Shown here: positions 26,940-37,632 of the stretch, one piece after another
Position numbering within the stretch: position 1 is the first letter of the stretch
How the letters are laid out: each line of letters opens with the position of its first letter
Source of the DNA: Clostridia bacterium
GTDB lineage: Bacteria; Bacillota; Clostridia; Christensenellales; Borkfalkiaceae
Reading direction: 5' to 3'
Length of the DNA stretch: 64,000 nucleotides
NCBI GenBank assembly: GCA_900771345.1
Contig: CAAGNQ010000045.1
Coordinates: 33,230 to 97,229, forward strand
Notes under the pieces: generated by a model
Told to the model about the DNA's origin: nothing
What the model saw: only the letters and a program-made list of their open reading frames with translations
Databases searched by the model: none
Made by a program: the position numbers and the translations under genes

Positions 26940-29507
26940 ATGGAAAAATTATTGCTTATCGATGGAAACAGTTTAATCAACCGTGCTTTTTACGCTATGC
27001 CTATTCTTTCTACAAAGAACGGGACTTTTACTAACGCCGTTTACGGTTTTATGAATATGTTTTTTAAGGTTTTATCTGATGAAAAGCCTACTCACGCCGT
27101 TGTTGCGTTTGACGTTAAAGCGCCTACTTTTCGCCACCAAATGTTTGAAGATTATAAAGGCACTAGAAAGCCTATGCCTGAAGAACTTCGCCCTCAAATC
27201 CCTCTTCTTAAAGAGGTTTTATCACTTATGAATATAACCGTTATCGAAAAGCCTGGCTCTGAGGCTGACGATATTATCGGCACTATTGCTAAGCATACCG
27301 ACATTCAGACGCTTATTTATACGGGCGATAAGGATTCTTTCCAACTTGTTGACGAGCAGACAGAAGTGCATTTTACCAAGCGTGGAATTACCGACGTAGA
27401 AATTTATACCCTTCAGAATTTTAAGGAAAAAACTGGGCTTGTTCCATCTCAAATTATCGACCTTAAATCGCTTATGGGTGACGCCTCTGATAATATTCCC
27501 GGTGTTAGTGGAATAGGCGAAAAAACGGCGAAAAACCTTTTGGAGCAATTTTTTGACCTTGATAATCTCTATAAAAATACTGATAAACTTTCTGGAAAAC
27601 TAAAAGAGAAGATTGAAAGTGGGAAAGACATGGCGTATCTTTCAAAAAGGCTTGCAACGATTGACTGTGACTGTGGGGTTTGCACGGACACTTCTACTAT
27701 GAAAATCGTCACTCCATTTTCATCTAAGGTAAAGGAAAAATTTATTGAACTCGAATTTAAATCCCTTTACAAAAAGGAAGAGTGGTTTGCTCAAAGCATA
27801 ACGACAAAAACGCCTAAAAGGGAAGAAAAAACCCAAAATGTTAAAGTTGTTAAAATTTCAGACTTTTCGGAGTTTAATCTTATAAATCTTCCAAAGAGAT
27901 TGGCTTTAATTTTAGATAATAAGGGCGCAAATATTTCTGACGGAGAAAAGGAATATATTCTGCCTATAAAAAAGGGGCTTTTTGACGAAGGGTTTTCTCT
28001 TTCGGAGGTTTTAGAGAAAATTAAGCCTTTGTTTAGCGAGGATTATTCTCTAATCGTCTTTAACAAAAAAGCGCTTATGCACTATCTAAAATCTAACTCG
28101 GCAATACAATTAAAATGCCAAACAGACGACATTTCTTTAATGAAATATCTCGCTGATTTTTCAGGGAAAGAAGAGAGCGTTTATGATTTAATAGAAGAAT
28201 ACGGGCTCGACAAAACCTCGCCTGCCACTTCGATTTTCACTGCTTATAATAGTTTATCGAACAAACTTGATGAAGAAAATATGACCAAACTTTATAAAGA
28301 GGTGGAATTGCCACTTTGCGAGGTCTTGTTCGATATGGAGGTTTCGGGATTTAAGGTGGATTACGAGGCGTTGTGCCTAGCAGGCGAAAAGTATCGAAAG
28401 GATATTTTAGAGATTGAAAGCCAAATTAGAGAAATGGCAAACGCGCCAGACCTTAACTTAAATTCCCCTAAAAAACTCGGTGAACTTTTATTTAACCAAC
28501 TAAAAATCGGTAAGGGCAAAAAGACTAAAACGGGCTTTTCAACTTCGGCTGAGGTTTTGGAGAGTTTAGAAAACGCCCACCCTATCGTGCCACTTATTCT
28601 AAAATATCGAGGCTTGCAAAAAATTCAATCGACCTACATTGAGGGTTTTAAGCCTTTAATCGAAAAAAACACGGGGCTTATCCACACCTCGTTTAATCAA
28701 ACGGTTACGGCAACGGGTAGGCTTTCAAGCAAAGAGCCAAACCTTCAAAATATTCCCGTTCGTGATGATGAAAGCAAGGAAATTAGAAGGTTTTTCGTGC
28801 CGAAGTCTGAAGATAGAATTTTAATCACTGCCGACTATTCGCAAATTGAACTTCGCCTTCTTGCAGCGTTTTCTGAATGCAAAGGGTTGATTAGTGCATT
28901 TAAGGAGGGAGTTGACGTTCATTCGGTTACGGCGTCAAAAGTTTTCGGCGTACCTATTAAAGAAGTTACCCCAAAAATGCGCTCTCAAGCAAAGGCTGTT
29001 AACTTCGGGATAATTTACGGAATAAGTGAGTACGGGCTTGCAAAGCAGTTAAAAATCGAGCCTTTTCTTGCGCGCGAGTATATTTTGGCATATTTTAAAG
29101 AGTATCCTGAAGTTAAAGAATATATGGATAAAAACGTAGCGTTTGCCAAAGAGAACGGGTATGCGATTACACTATTAAAACGCCGTAGATATATTAAGGA
29201 ACTTGCTCTTTCAAACTTTGCACTTCGTCAGTTTGGCGAAAGGGTGGCAATGAATATGCCTCTTCAGGGCAGTAGTGCAGATATTATCAAACTTGCTATG
29301 CTCGGAGTATCTAAAAGACTAAAACAAGAAGGTTTAAAATCAGAACTTATTCTTCAAGTTCACGACGAACTTATTATTGACGCCTTAAAAGAGGAAGAGG
29401 ACAAGGTTAAACGCATTCTTGTTGAAGAAATGGAGGGCGCAACAAAACTTTCGGTTGCTCTAACGGTAAGCGTGGGAGAAGGGCAAACGTGGTTTGACGC
29501 TAAATAA
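26940..29507 (+). CDS. polA: DNA polymerase I
   Basis: 855 aa from ATG 26940 (MEKLLLIDGNSLINRAFYA..., 5'-nuclease domain). Pol domain motifs DYSQIELR and QVHDELI. The track ORF starts 32 codons earlier with no homology support. Confidence 0.95.
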   Translation: MEKLLLIDGNSLINRAFYAMPILSTKNGTFTNAVYGFMNMFFKVLSDEKPTHAVVAFDVKAPTFRHQMFEDYKGTRKPMPEELRPQIPLLKEVLSLMNITVIEKPGSEADDIIGTIAKHTDIQTLIYTGDKDSFQLVDEQTEVHFTKRGITDVEIYTLQNFKEKTGLVPSQIIDLKSLMGDASDNIPGVSGIGEKTAKNLLEQFFDLDNLYKNTDKLSGKLKEKIESGKDMAYLSKRLATIDCDCGVCTDTSTMKIVTPFSSKVKEKFIELEFKSLYKKEEWFAQSITTKTPKREEKTQNVKVVKISDFSEFNLINLPKRLALILDNKGANISDGEKEYILPIKKGLFDEGFSLSEVLEKIKPLFSEDYSLIVFNKKALMHYLKSNSAIQLKCQTDDISLMKYLADFSGKEESVYDLIEEYGLDKTSPATSIFTAYNSLSNKLDEENMTKLYKEVELPLCEVLFDMEVSGFKVDYEALCLAGEKYRKDILEIESQIREMANAPDLNLNSPKKLGELLFNQLKIGKGKKTKTGFSTSAEVLESLENAHPIVPLILKYRGLQKIQSTYIEGFKPLIEKNTGLIHTSFNQTVTATGRLSSKEPNLQNIPVRDDESKEIRRFFVPKSEDRILITADYSQIELRLLAAFSECKGLISAFKEGVDVHSVTASKVFGVPIKEVTPKMRSQAKAVNFGIIYGISEYGLAKQLKIEPFLAREYILAYFKEYPEVKEYMDKNVAFAKENGYAITLLKRRRYIKELALSNFALRQFGERVAMNMPLQGSSADIIKLAMLGVSKRLKQEGLKSELILQVHDELIIDALKEEEDKVKRILVEEMEGATKLSVALTVSVGEGQTWFDAK

Positions 29508-29509
29508 CT

Positions 29510-30097
29510 ATGGGAAATTATAAAAGATTTGCTATAACGGGTGGAATAGGCAGTGGAAAAACCTTTGCGTCTAATATTCTAAAAGAGGCTGGGTACACGG
29601 TTATCTCTGCCGATAATATTACCACAAAACTTTATAAAAAAAGGAAAATAAGGCTTGTTCTAAAGGGCATTTTTCCGTCAGCCATAAAGGGGATATTTCT
29701 TAAAATTGACCGAAAGGAAATTTCTAGAATTGCCTTTAACGACGATGCAAAGCACAAGCAACTTACAGACGCAATAACCCCTCTCGTAATGGAAGAAATC
29801 CGAAAAAAATGCAAGAAAATTAAGTCGGACGTTTTTGTTGAAGTTCCACTTTTATTCGAGTGCAACGAGCAGGATAATTTCGACGAGGTTTTGGTTGTTA
29901 TGCGCCCACTTAAAGATAGAATAGAGAGCGTAAAAGTGCGCTCAAATCTTAGTGAAGAAGATATTGTAGCAAGAATGAATAGGCAGGTTGATTATAATAG
30001 TTTTGACCTTTCAAAACATATTATTCTACTTAATGATTGCGACGCAAAAAAGTTTAGAGAAAGGGTGCTCGATATTGCAAAAAGTTTAATAAAATAG
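29510..30097 (+). CDS. coaE: dephospho-CoA kinase
   Basis: 195 aa. ITGGIGSGKT P-loop. Conserved polA-coaE linkage, with a start 2 nt after the polA stop. Confidence 0.9.
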   Translation: MGNYKRFAITGGIGSGKTFASNILKEAGYTVISADNITTKLYKKRKIRLVLKGIFPSAIKGIFLKIDRKEISRIAFNDDAKHKQLTDAITPLVMEEIRKKCKKIKSDVFVEVPLLFECNEQDNFDEVLVVMRPLKDRIESVKVRSNLSEEDIVARMNRQVDYNSFDLSKHIILLNDCDAKKFRERVLDIAKSLIK

Positions 30098-30158
30098 CAA
30101 AAATCCTAAAACACAATATTTTCTATAAGAGATTTTTAGATGTTTAGGAGGGGTAATA

Positions 30159-30359
30159 ATGTTCAAGTTTGATAAATTGTTTTTGACAATGGATAAAAAG
30201 GGAGTATCTACGTATAGACTAAGAGAAGAATGTGGCATAGACAGCAAAACAGTTCGAAGATTGAGGGCAAACCAGAATATTGAAATGAAAACTCTTGATA
30301 GAATTTGTGGCTTTTTAAATTGCAAAATAGAAGACGTGGTAGAGTTTATAAAAGACTAA
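30159..30359 (+). CDS. small XRE/Cro-type helix-turn-helix transcriptional regulator (YozG-like)
   Basis: 66 aa. GVSTYRLREECGIDSKTVRRLRANQNIEMKTLDRICGFLNCKIEDVVEF. SD AGGAGGGG. Confidence 0.8.
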   Translation: MFKFDKLFLTMDKKGVSTYRLREECGIDSKTVRRLRANQNIEMKTLDRICGFLNCKIEDVVEFIKD

Positions 30360-30382
30360 AAAATACTTTATCTAAAAAAAAT

Positions 30383-30428
30383 AGCACACCAACATTCACA
30401 AAAGGTGAAAATCGGTGTGCTTTTTTTA
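30383..30428. terminator. bidirectional intrinsic terminator (HTH gene / DUF2156-GNAT gene)
   Basis: AGCACACC...GGTGTGCT long hairpin with an inner TTCAC/GTGAA stem, then T7. Confidence 0.7.
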
Positions 30429-31829
30429 ATTATTAAGGTCCTGACTAAAAAAGTAATGCGTATCGTTCTCGTGGGTTAATTTTAAGCCTAGTCTTTCAAT
30501 GAGTTTTCGCGAGGGGAGATTTTCTTTATAGCACCTCGACTTTATTGTTTTTGCACCCAAAACTTTTTTAGCATATTCTATTAGTGCGCTAGCGCTTATT
30601 GTAGCGTAGCCTTTCCCTTGATGCTCTTTAAAAAACCTAAAGCCTATTTCCAAGCCACCAAAGTAGTCAAAATTGTGCAAAACTAATTCGCCCACCAACT
30701 CGTCGTCATTAAGAACGGCAAAAGAAAACTCTTCACCCTTTTTCTTTAGTAGATTTTGAAAGTTAAAAAAATACTCGGCACTAGGCGTTTGGTTTGCTAA
30801 ATCCTCCCTGTAATCATATCCCCACCATTTGTTAAGATTATCGTCAAGATATAAATTTTTATAACTTTCTGCCTCTTTTAATTGTAGTTCACGAATAATA
30901 AGACAATCGGCTTTTATTTGTGAAAAGGGCTGTATTTTAGAAATAAGCGTTTTTACCGATAAAAAGACTTTTTCCTGAAGTTTTATGGGGTGATACTGCG
31001 TTTTAGAAATTCTAAGCCCAGTAATGCCACAGTCCTCTTCTCTGTTTATAAACTTTACTTTTTCTTTAGCGTTTGCCTTTGCAAACTCGTGCGCCATCGT
31101 AGGATATACGCCTGCATACTCTTTTAATGCTTTTTCGGTATGAACGACTAGCGTCTGCCCGACAATTTCTCCAACCGAAATAGCGATTACTTTTTCTCCC
31201 ACTTTAATAAGCCCACCGACTTGATTAAATCTTTCCATATTCTCTATGAGTTCAAAGACCTTATCTTTTTCTACTCGCTCGCTCCAACTATCGTAAGTTC
31301 TCGATTTTTCATACTCGTAAAGAAAGGTTTTGATTCCCTCGTAATCGGATTCTTCAATATTTTTATAAATATAATCTGGATAAAGTTTTTTGAACTTATT
31401 ATAATGGTTTCTCTGCCCACTGAATTTTTTGCCCGAATAACTTTTAAAGTTTTCTGCGTCGTAAATATAATCGCACCAGTCACGGCTAATCGTGCTTTCA
31501 CAATCAAAATATCTGTTTTTTAAAAATTCTGCTTGCTCGTTTGTTAAACAGCAATAAGATAGAGGCAAAAACTTTGCTCTCGAATATTTTTCTATCTCTA
31601 AAATTGCGCCTTCATGGTCTTTACCGATAGGATAATAAAAGCCGTTAGTTCCATCTTTAGATTTTTGATACATAATAAGAGTATGGTTATAAATAGCGTA
31701 ATCAATCTTAAACTCGTCACGCCACATAAACCTTACTCCTAAAGTAAGGTCACAAATCTCGCCGTCACATAAAGCAAGATATTCTTTAATTTTATCGAAG
31801 TCTTTTCCTAATGGTAAAAATTTAAGCAT
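30426..31829 (-). CDS. fusion protein: DUF2156 (MprF C-terminal / lysyl-PG synthase-like) domain plus GNAT N-acetyltransferase domain
   Basis: 467 aa. The N-terminal ~300 aa resembles DUF2156. The C-terminal ~150 aa (VGELVLHNFD..GGLEIGFRFFKEHQGKGYATISASALIEYA...NLPSRKLIERLGLK) is RimJ/RimL-type GNAT. No SD or room for a promoter (see findings). Confidence 0.65.
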   Translation of the reverse strand: MLKFLPLGKDFDKIKEYLALCDGEICDLTLGVRFMWRDEFKIDYAIYNHTLIMYQKSKDGTNGFYYPIGKDHEGAILEIEKYSRAKFLPLSYCCLTNEQAEFLKNRYFDCESTISRDWCDYIYDAENFKSYSGKKFSGQRNHYNKFKKLYPDYIYKNIEESDYEGIKTFLYEYEKSRTYDSWSERVEKDKVFELIENMERFNQVGGLIKVGEKVIAISVGEIVGQTLVVHTEKALKEYAGVYPTMAHEFAKANAKEKVKFINREEDCGITGLRISKTQYHPIKLQEKVFLSVKTLISKIQPFSQIKADCLIIRELQLKEAESYKNLYLDDNLNKWWGYDYREDLANQTPSAEYFFNFQNLLKKKGEEFSFAVLNDDELVGELVLHNFDYFGGLEIGFRFFKEHQGKGYATISASALIEYAKKVLGAKTIKSRCYKENLPSRKLIERLGLKLTHENDTHYFFSQDLNN

Positions 31830-31839
31830 AATCTATTTC

Positions 31840-31874
31840 GTCAAACTAAAAGGGAAGAACTTTCTTCCCTTTTA
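31840..31874 (-). terminator. intrinsic terminator after the SPFH gene
   Basis: AGGGAAGA-AAGT-TCTTCCCT followed by UUUAGUUU on the minus strand. Confidence 0.65.
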
Positions 31875-31889
31875 TTGTATTTTTAAAAC

Positions 31890-32771
31890 TTAATTTTTCT
31901 TTGCTGGTTTATCTTCTTCAACAACTGCCTTTAGGCTTGCTAAAAGACCGGTAATATTCTGAATTTCGCTAGGCACGATAATTTTAGTTGCATTCCCGTC
32001 AGCCATAACTTTAAGCGCGTCGTAACCTTTAAGGGTTAGATATGCTGAATTAGGATTTGCGTCGTTTATCATTTTTATTGCCGTTGCAGTACCTTCAGCC
32101 TCTGCAATAACTGCCTTCTTTTTAGCCTCTGCACGAAGAATAAGCGCTTCCTTTTCGCCCTCGGCTACTAGGATATTACTGCGCTTTTCGCCCTCGGCTC
32201 TTAAGATTGCCTCACGGCGCTCACGCTCTGCCCTCATCTGCTTTTCCATTGCTTGCTGAATGTCTTTCGGTGGGAGAATGTTCTTTAATTCCACACGATT
32301 GATTTTAATTCCCCAAGGGTCGGTAGCCTCGTCAAGAATTATTCTCATTTTGCTATTTACCGTATCTCTTGAAGTGAGCGTTCCGTCAAGTTCAAGTTCA
32401 CCAACGAGGTTACGAAGCGTTGTTGCAGTTAAGTTCTCTATTGCACGAATAGGGTCTTCAACACCGTAAGTAAATAGTTTAGCGTCGGTTATTTGAAAAT
32501 ATACGACGGTATCTATCTGCATAGTAACGTTATCTTTGGTGATAACAGGTTGTGGCGCAAAGTCTGCCACTCTCTCTTTTAGGCTTATAGGTGCGCCAAC
32601 AGCTCTATCAAAAATAGGAAGTATGAAGTGCACGCCTGTGTTTAAGAGTCTATGAAATTTTCCAAGTCTCTCAATTACTACTGCCGTTGATTGACGAACA
32701 ATCCTGACAGATGATACGAGTATTATAAATAATACTACTGCTAAAATTATAATCCAAACTATAGGTTCCAT
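31890..32771 (-). CDS. SPFH/band-7 (stomatin-like) family protein
   Basis: 293 aa. N-terminal TM, then VRQSTAVVIERLGKFHR...PQPVITKDNV...DPWGIKINRVELKNI and an EA-rich coiled coil. Confidence 0.9.
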   Translation of the reverse strand: MEPIVWIIILAVVLFIILVSSVRIVRQSTAVVIERLGKFHRLLNTGVHFILPIFDRAVGAPISLKERVADFAPQPVITKDNVTMQIDTVVYFQITDAKLFTYGVEDPIRAIENLTATTLRNLVGELELDGTLTSRDTVNSKMRIILDEATDPWGIKINRVELKNILPPKDIQQAMEKQMRAERERREAILRAEGEKRSNILVAEGEKEALILRAEAKKKAVIAEAEGTATAIKMINDANPNSAYLTLKGYDALKVMADGNATKIIVPSEIQNITGLLASLKAVVEEDKPAKKN

Positions 32772-33199
32772 TATTTTACCTCCTCAACAACGTATTTATT
32801 GCCTTTTAAATTCTTTATTCTAACTATTGCGCCTTCGCTTATTTGATCTCTTTCATTATCACTAACAGCCGTCCAAACAACGTCGTTTATCTTAATTGTT
32901 CCAGGCTTATTAAAAGAAATTGAAGAAAGGAGCACAAATTCTTTGCCAAACTGCGAGTCGGCGTTTAACTTGCTATCGCCTTTATCAAAAAATCTTAAAA
33001 CTATTTTTCTAAAACTTAATATCAATACTAACGACGCTAGTAAAAACACCGGAATATGTATATACCATTCAACGCCACAAGACGATAGAATTAGCGATAT
33101 TATTCCTCCACCCACAAACCAAATGGTGAGCATATCGGTCGTTAAAAACTCAACGACAAGCGCTAGCGCTATAATCCCAACGTAAATATAAATCCACAT
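32771..33199 (-). CDS. NfeD family membrane protein
   Basis: 142 aa. 3 TM plus a C-terminal OB-like soluble domain. The stop overlaps the SPFH start by 1 nt (classical NfeD-SPFH operon). Confidence 0.8.
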   Translation of the reverse strand: MWIYIYVGIIALALVVEFLTTDMLTIWFVGGGIISLILSSCGVEWYIHIPVFLLASLVLILSFRKIVLRFFDKGDSKLNADSQFGKEFVLLSSISFNKPGTIKINDVVWTAVSDNERDQISEGAIVRIKNLKGNKYVVEEVK

Positions 33200-33217
33200 T
33201 TTTGCTTACCTCTTATT

Positions 33218-34129
33218 CTAAAAATCCTTTTTTGAAGCCTTTAGGTATTCGAGAATTTCACTCAATCTATCAAGGTCGTCACGAGTATAGTAATCTATAT
33301 ATATTCTGCCCTTTTTATCGTTCCCGATTGCGTTGACCTTAGTTCCAAAAACCCTCTGCATATCCCCGATAAGTTCTTTAAGTTCGAGCGAAAGTTCTTG
33401 CTTAATCTTTTTCTTTTCCTTTTCTTCAGGTGGTGCAAAATATTCCTTAACGCTTCTTTCAACGTCACGAACGGAAAGCCCGTCTTTAATGGCCTTTTCT
33501 GCTAGTTTTGTTTGGTCGGCGTTAGGCACTGAAATAAGCGCTCTTGCGTGGCCTGCCGAAAGTTCGCCGTTCGCCACCTTCTTGATTACTTCTGGAGATA
33601 GGGTTAGAAGACGAAGGGTGTTTGCAATTGCCGATCTTGACTTGCCTATTCTATCTGCAAGGTCTTCCTGCGTCATTCCATAATCGTTCATTAGTGAACG
33701 CATAGCAGTTGCCGCTTCTATAGGATTCAAGTCCTCTCTTTGCAAGTTTTCTATTAAAGAAATCTCTTTGATTTGTTTTTCGGTATAATTTTTTACGATA
33801 ACAGGCACTTTTTCTAGCCCTGCAAGTTTGCTCGCTCTAAAACGGCGCTCACCTGCAATAATCATATACCTATCGCCACTCTTATTGACGATAATCGGCA
33901 TAATTACACCGTGTTTAGATATTGAGTCGGCAAGTTCTTGAAGGGCTGTTGGCTCGAAAACCTTTCTAGGCTGGTTTGGGTTTGCAAAGATTTGACTAAT
34001 CTCTATTTCGCTCACGCCCTCTCCCTTCTTTAACGGCTCTTCCTCAAACACTAGGCTTTTGCCGTAATCTTCCTCTGTTTCTGAAAATAATGCCGATAAT
34101 CCTTTTCCTAATCCTCTATTTGGTTTCAT
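33218..34129 (-). CDS. parB: chromosome partitioning protein ParB/Spo0J
   Basis: 303 aa. RGLGKGLSAL, IIAGERRFRASKLAG (CTP-binding GERR box), and an HTH region GMTQEDLADRIGKSRSAIANTLRLL. Confidence 0.93.
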   Translation of the reverse strand: MKPNRGLGKGLSALFSETEEDYGKSLVFEEEPLKKGEGVSEIEISQIFANPNQPRKVFEPTALQELADSISKHGVIMPIIVNKSGDRYMIIAGERRFRASKLAGLEKVPVIVKNYTEKQIKEISLIENLQREDLNPIEAATAMRSLMNDYGMTQEDLADRIGKSRSAIANTLRLLTLSPEVIKKVANGELSAGHARALISVPNADQTKLAEKAIKDGLSVRDVERSVKEYFAPPEEKEKKKIKQELSLELKELIGDMQRVFGTKVNAIGNDKKGRIYIDYYTRDDLDRLSEILEYLKASKKDF

Positions 34130-34144
34130 CTCTTTTCCTCTGTT

Positions 34145-34921
34145 TTAATTTTTCTTTGCCGGCTGGCGCTCTAAAAATTCTTCGGTGAGCGACAAGTATG
34201 CTTTCGCCCCCGAACACTTTGTATCATGCAACATTATCGGCACACCGTGGCTTGGTGCTTCTGCTAGCCTAATATTTCTTGGAATTGCCGTTTCGTAAAC
34301 GCGCTTGCCGAAAAATTTCTTTATCTCGGCAGAAATCTGCCTTGATATTATCGCCCTGTTATCGCTCATTGTGAGCACTACTCCCTCAATCTTTAGCGCT
34401 GGGTTTAGGTGCTTTACTACAAGTTTTATAGTATTCATAAGCTGACTCAATCCCTCAAGCGCATAGTATTCGCTCTGTATAGGAATTATAACCGTATCTG
34501 CCGATGCAAGCGCGTTGATTGTAAGTAAGCCAAGCGACGGTGGGCAGTCAATAGTGATGAAATCGTACGAGCCTCTTACCCTCTCGATTGCGCTTCTTAA
34601 AACGTGTTCACGATTCTTTATGTAAACAAGTTCAACCTCTGCTCCTGCCAAATCAATATTTGACGGCAAAATGTCAAGATTATCTACCTGTGTTTTAATT
34701 GCAACGTCCTCAACAGGCACGTCGTCAATCATTACGTTATACACAGAGCGTTTAACCTCGCTTTTTGAAAAGCCAAGCCCACTCGTTGCGTTGCCTTGAG
34801 GGTCAAGGTCTATGATTAAACATTTATATCCCTTGCTCGCTAGGTATGCAGACATGTTCACGCAAGTAGTCGTCTTTCCTACCCCACCTTTCTGATTTGA
34901 AAAAGCAATTATTTTTCCCAT
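34145..34921 (-). CDS. parA: chromosome partitioning ATPase ParA/Soj
   Basis: 258 aa. Deviant Walker A in IIAFSNQKGGVGKTTT. Immediately upstream of parB. Confidence 0.93.
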   Translation of the reverse strand: MGKIIAFSNQKGGVGKTTTCVNMSAYLASKGYKCLIIDLDPQGNATSGLGFSKSEVKRSVYNVMIDDVPVEDVAIKTQVDNLDILPSNIDLAGAEVELVYIKNREHVLRSAIERVRGSYDFITIDCPPSLGLLTINALASADTVIIPIQSEYYALEGLSQLMNTIKLVVKHLNPALKIEGVVLTMSDNRAIISRQISAEIKKFFGKRVYETAIPRNIRLAEAPSHGVPIMLHDTKCSGAKAYLSLTEEFLERQPAKKN

Positions 34922-34951
34922 AAAATTCTCCTCTATCTTTTGATTGCTCTT

Positions 34952-37054
34952 TTATTCTTTAGATTGTTCTTTAGGGTTGTCGTTTTCTGCTCCTGCGCCT
35001 TGCTCTTTATCGGCAGAATCGTCAGATTTTTTCGCCCTTTTCTTTTCCTCTATAATAATGTTTTTAGTTGCCTTTCTCTCAAAAGGGTTTTGAGATAGAG
35101 TGCGTTCGTTTTCGTCCATAAACGCCATAATCTCTTCTGGGCTCTTGCCCTCCATTATCATATCAACTTCCTCAGAGAAAATAGTCTCCCTTTCAACTAG
35201 AACTCTAGTCATTGTGTCTAAAAGGCTTCTGTGTTTTTTAAGCAGTTCTCTTGCCTTTTGTAAGCCGTTATCCACGATAAGCCTAATCTCTTCGTCAATA
35301 ATCGCAGCCGTTTCCTCACTGTAATTTACGTGTGACGCCATATCTCTGCCTATAAACACTTCTCTTTCCGAGCCATAAGAAATAGGTCCAACTCTATCGC
35401 TCATACCCCATTCGGTAACCATAAGTCTTGCTCGCTTTGTAACGGCTTGGATATCGCCTGACGCACCTGCTGAAATATCCTTTATCACAAGTTCTTCGGC
35501 AACGCGTCCACCAAGCGTCATAACTATATCGTCTAAAAGTTTGGCTTTGGTCAAATGATTATCGTCGTTATCAGGTCTAGTCACAGTATAGCCTGCCGCC
35601 TGACCACGAGGAATAATTGATACTTCGTGAACAGGGTCGCAATGTGGCAATAATCTCGCTAGTATTGCGTGGCCTGCCTCGTGATAAGCAGTAATTCTCT
35701 TATCCGTTTCGGTCACAAGCCTGCTCTTCTTCTGAGGGCCCATAATAACTTTATTTATGCCTTCGTAAAGGTCTTTATTGTTTATAAATTTTCTGTTTGC
35801 TCTTGCAGCGAGTATCGCAGCCTCGTTCAATAGATTTTCAAGGTCTGCACCAGAAAAACCACTCGTCATTCTAGCAACCGTCTTAAAGTTTACGTCAGGA
35901 GCAAGAGGTTTGTTCCTTGAATGAACTTTTAAGATTGCCTCTCTGCCCTTAACGTCTGGAGTGTTAACGTAAATCTGTCTGTCAAATCTGCCTGGACGAA
36001 GAAGTGCTGGGTCTAAAATGTCTGCACGGTTTGTCGCAGCCATAACGATTATTCCGTCGTTTGTTTCAAAACCGTCCATTTGAACAAGAAGTTGGTTTAG
36101 GGTTTGTTCTCTCTCGTCGTGTCCTCCACCCATTCCTGTTCCACGTTGACGACCAACGGCGTCTATTTCGTCAATGAATACGATACAAGGCATATTCTTC
36201 TTTGCCGCGTCAAATAAATCTCTTACTCTTGACGCACCCACGCCGACAAACATTTCCACAAAGTCAGAACCACTTATAGAGAAAAACGGAACGCCTGCCT
36301 CACCGGCAACTGCCTTTGCAAACAAGGTTTTGCCCGTTCCCGGAGGGCCAACGAGTAGTACGCCCTTTGGAATCCTTGCGCCAAGTTCTGAAAACTTTCT
36401 AGGATTTTTAAGAAAATCAACGACTTCTGCAAGTTCTTCCTTTTCTTCCTCTGCACCTGCAACGTCAGAAAACCTAACCTTTAAGTCCTTGTTTACCCTA
36501 GCATTTGTTTTTGCAAAGTTCATTGCACCCTTTGTGCCACCCTGCGTTTGCATGATAATAAACAGAAAAACTATTCCTATCAAAAGCGTGCCGAGAAGAG
36601 GCATAAGTGACGACCAAATCGAACCTTCATTCGGATTAGCCGCGCTAAAGGATACTCCTTCCTCACTTAAGTTGGTCACGATATACTGGCTATCAAAATT
36701 TCCTCTTAAAAAAACCGTTTCAAAACCTTTGCGCGCAACAACGTTTCCAGCATTGCCATAAACCTCAACGTCAAAGTTAACAACGTAACCGTCAATATAA
36801 ACGTTGGTGATTTTTGCAGACGAATAATCGCCACTTAATGCTTTGCTTATTTGCCCTAGCCTTGAATTGTTTGAAATTTGCTCTTTAGTAAAGGTAGCAT
36901 TCTCCACCTCGTCAAACTCGTCAATAATAGCGTATAGTTCTGAATAGTTTACCGTTGTTCTCGTATTTACGCACGTCTGCAACGACATTATGCCTACCAC
37001 CGCCACAACAATTAGTAAAACAATCCAGAGCATTCTCGAATTTTTAGTCTTCAA
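34952..37054 (-). CDS. ftsH: ATP-dependent zinc metalloprotease FtsH
   Basis: 700 aa. GPPGTGKT Walker A, DEIDA Walker B, HEAGHA zinc motif. TTG start 9 nt after AAGGAGA. Confidence 0.95.
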   Translation of the reverse strand: MKTKNSRMLWIVLLIVVAVVGIMSLQTCVNTRTTVNYSELYAIIDEFDEVENATFTKEQISNNSRLGQISKALSGDYSSAKITNVYIDGYVVNFDVEVYGNAGNVVARKGFETVFLRGNFDSQYIVTNLSEEGVSFSAANPNEGSIWSSLMPLLGTLLIGIVFLFIIMQTQGGTKGAMNFAKTNARVNKDLKVRFSDVAGAEEEKEELAEVVDFLKNPRKFSELGARIPKGVLLVGPPGTGKTLFAKAVAGEAGVPFFSISGSDFVEMFVGVGASRVRDLFDAAKKNMPCIVFIDEIDAVGRQRGTGMGGGHDEREQTLNQLLVQMDGFETNDGIIVMAATNRADILDPALLRPGRFDRQIYVNTPDVKGREAILKVHSRNKPLAPDVNFKTVARMTSGFSGADLENLLNEAAILAARANRKFINNKDLYEGINKVIMGPQKKSRLVTETDKRITAYHEAGHAILARLLPHCDPVHEVSIIPRGQAAGYTVTRPDNDDNHLTKAKLLDDIVMTLGGRVAEELVIKDISAGASGDIQAVTKRARLMVTEWGMSDRVGPISYGSEREVFIGRDMASHVNYSEETAAIIDEEIRLIVDNGLQKARELLKKHRSLLDTMTRVLVERETIFSEEVDMIMEGKSPEEIMAFMDENERTLSQNPFERKATKNIIIEEKKRAKKSDDSADKEQGAGAENDNPKEQSKE

Positions 37055-37632
37055 TTTTGTATTCTCCTTGTTTGTTCGCTAAAAATATCATATCAGTTTA
37101 TGATTAAAAAAACCTTGAAAACACCTATGAATTTGCGTTATAGAATATTATAGGTTTTTATTTATAATATTATACTACATAATTGATTTTAAAACAATAT
37201 TATTTTGAAGATTTGGCAATAAAAATAAAAAAAATTTTTTATTATATTTAATTTTTATTTTTTGCGCTTAACATTTTGTTTTTGCGTCATACATTCATTG
37301 CGCTTTTAATATTTTTAGATTTATTAAACGCATTATGAAAATTATAAATTATTTTAAAAGCACTTCCACTTATATTCAATAAAAAGTAATAAAATTTTTA
37401 AAAATTATTTATTATTTTTTACATTAAATAATTTTATTAATAATAAACCATGTAAAATCGTTTATATAATTGCCTACAAAATGCCTTTTAAAAAATGTCA
37501 TTAAAACGCTCTGAGACAGAATGAGATGAATTTTTTTGTGGGAAATATTTTGCCTATTCTGTGTGAGAAATGCCCTTTTGTTGTGTTAAAATTTTCTTAA
37601 TATAAAATTTGCCTCCCTATTTATAAACATTT

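Noticed and set aside
36174-36761. 195-aa plus-strand ORF, plus many other ORFs of 60-125 aa antisense to long genes (e.g. 12097-12474, 33333-33683, 48648-48992, 49694-50074).
   Set aside because: All are embedded antisense in, or out of frame with, well-supported conserved genes. They have no SD and low-complexity composition.
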